Positions 62,938 through 64,000 of a DNA stretch of 64,000 bases are shown in pieces. The notes below the pieces were generated by a model. It made no database searches. It was not told the origin of the DNA and saw only the letters and a program-made list of their open reading frames with translations. Origin of the DNA: Atribacterota bacterium (GTDB lineage Bacteria; Atribacterota; Phoenicimicrobiia; Phoenicimicrobiales; Stramentimicrobiaceae). The stretch covers positions 128,001 to 192,000 of the forward strand of contig JAXGNR010000004.1 of the NCBI GenBank assembly GCA_040767965.1, written 5' to 3'. Numbering within the stretch: position 1 is the stretch's first letter; the number at the start of each line of letters is the position of its first letter. The position numbers and the translations under genes are program-made.

Positions 62938-64000
62938 ATGAAAAGAAAAAACATAAAAGAATCATTCTATATCAGAAATTTAGGTTTGGCTGGATTGCTT
63001 ATATTATTTTTGCTTGTAATTATGACAGTAATTTTAAATGGCTGCAGCGCTCTTGCTCCGAGAACCGGTGCTTTGCAGGGAATAGTACACCGGGAAACAG
63101 CCAGCGGTTCTTCGCCGATAGAAAATGCCTTGATCAGTGTCAGCGGTTCAAATAATACAGCCCAGACTGCAGAGGATGGACATTTTTTCATAAATGAAAT
63201 TTCAGCAGGCAAGAGAACTCTTACAGTTGTAAAAGAAGGTTATGTTACCTTGCAGCTGGTTAATATTTATATAGAACCGGAAATCGTAAATGAAGTCAAT
63301 TTCGGTGAGCCTATTATTTTGAAAGCAAAAGAAGATCAGTCTTTATTTGATACAGCATGGGATGCATATCAGGCTGAAGACTATCAATTTGCCTTGACTA
63401 TCTGGCAGGAGCTGTTAAGCGTTTTTCCGGAGAGCCTGTTAGCCGATGATGCCCAATACTATATAGCCTGGTGCCATATTTCTTTAGAAGATTTTGTCAA
63501 AGCAGTAACAGAATTTGAAAATCTGCTGATAAGTTATCCCGCAAGCGAATATGCCGATGATGCCCAATATTATATCGGCTGGTGCCATGAAAAAAAATTA
63601 GGATTACCAATACCGGCAATTTTAGCATATTATACTCTCTTGTTTGATTATCCTGACAGTCAATGGGCAGATGATACCCAGCTGGGCATTGGCAATTGCT
63701 ACTATGCAACTGATGATTATGGAAATGCCATAACTGAATATCAAAAGGTAATTGACAATTATCCCTGGAGTGCTTTACTTCCTTTAGCCCGGTATAGTAT
63801 TGCCCAAAGCTATCGGATGGCCAATTATCGCACTACTGCTATTGAAAAATACCAGGAATTAATTCTGTTTCATCCGGAAAGTGATTTTTGCGGACCAGCC
63901 CAATACTATATAGGTTATTGTTATTATGAAAAAAATGAATATTTAATCGCTATTGCTGAATTTCAAAAAGGAATTGATGATTATCCCAATTCTACCTGGC
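62938..64000 (+). CDS. Lipoprotein with carboxypeptidase-regulatory-like beta domain and BamD/CpoB-type TPR repeats (3'-truncated)
   Basis: Manual translation MKRKNIK...VILNGC..., repeats of YP.S.YADDAQYYIG.C; absent from ORF track because it runs off the window; alternative in-frame ATG 62926. Confidence 0.85.
   Translation, partial: MKRKNIKESFYIRNLGLAGLLILFLLVIMTVILNGCSALAPRTGALQGIVHRETASGSSPIENALISVSGSNNTAQTAEDGHFFINEISAGKRTLTVVKEGYVTLQLVNIYIEPEIVNEVNFGEPIILKAKEDQSLFDTAWDAYQAEDYQFALTIWQELLSVFPESLLADDAQYYIAWCHISLEDFVKAVTEFENLLISYPASEYADDAQYYIGWCHEKKLGLPIPAILAYYTLLFDYPDSQWADDTQLGIGNCYYATDDYGNAITEYQKVIDNYPWSALLPLARYSIAQSYRMANYRTTAIEKYQELILFHPESDFCGPAQYYIGYCYYEKNEYLIAIAEFQKGIDDYPNSTW

Noticed and set aside
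1051-63709. Many 60-150 aa ORFs antisense to or nested within long genes
   Set aside because: Shadow ORFs of well-supported genes, with no RBS or recognisable motifs.
1-64000. CRISPR array, prophage, rRNA
   Set aside because: No regularly spaced repeat-spacer units, phage hallmark genes or rRNA-like sequence were seen.

Overview
AT-rich chromosomal window from an anaerobic diderm bacterium with Firmicutes-like gene order. An Atribacterota/Halanaerobiales-like Terrabacteria diderm is inferred from the gene content, not proven. Left to right: (1) the end of a LarA/DUF2088-like gene and an HpcH/HpaI aldolase; (2) a Leu-specifier T-box controlling ilvB-ilvN-leuA-leuC-leuD-leuB, with no ilvC and a separately transcribed ilvD; (3) mixed metabolic genes including an archaeal-type GAPOR-like oxidoreductase, queH, TetR and SDR; (4) the conserved spoVG-tRNA-Gln-glmU-prs-rplY-pth-(pfkA)-mfd-mazG block; (5) a TolC-MFP-RND efflux operon; (6) a large outer-membrane biogenesis region (bamA, skp, lptB, DUF3084, SLH-porin OmpM, lptC, lptA, lptD, lptF/G, TPR proteins) with no lpx/kds genes. 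That region is interrupted by an island of lipoproteins carrying two clan CD cysteine proteases (caspase-like and clostripain-like), and by a RAYT-type HUH transposase bounded by perfect 34-bp inverted repeats, with a solo copy of the repeat about 8 kb upstream. No CRISPR array, rRNA or prophage was seen. All family calls come from motif recognition, not database searches.
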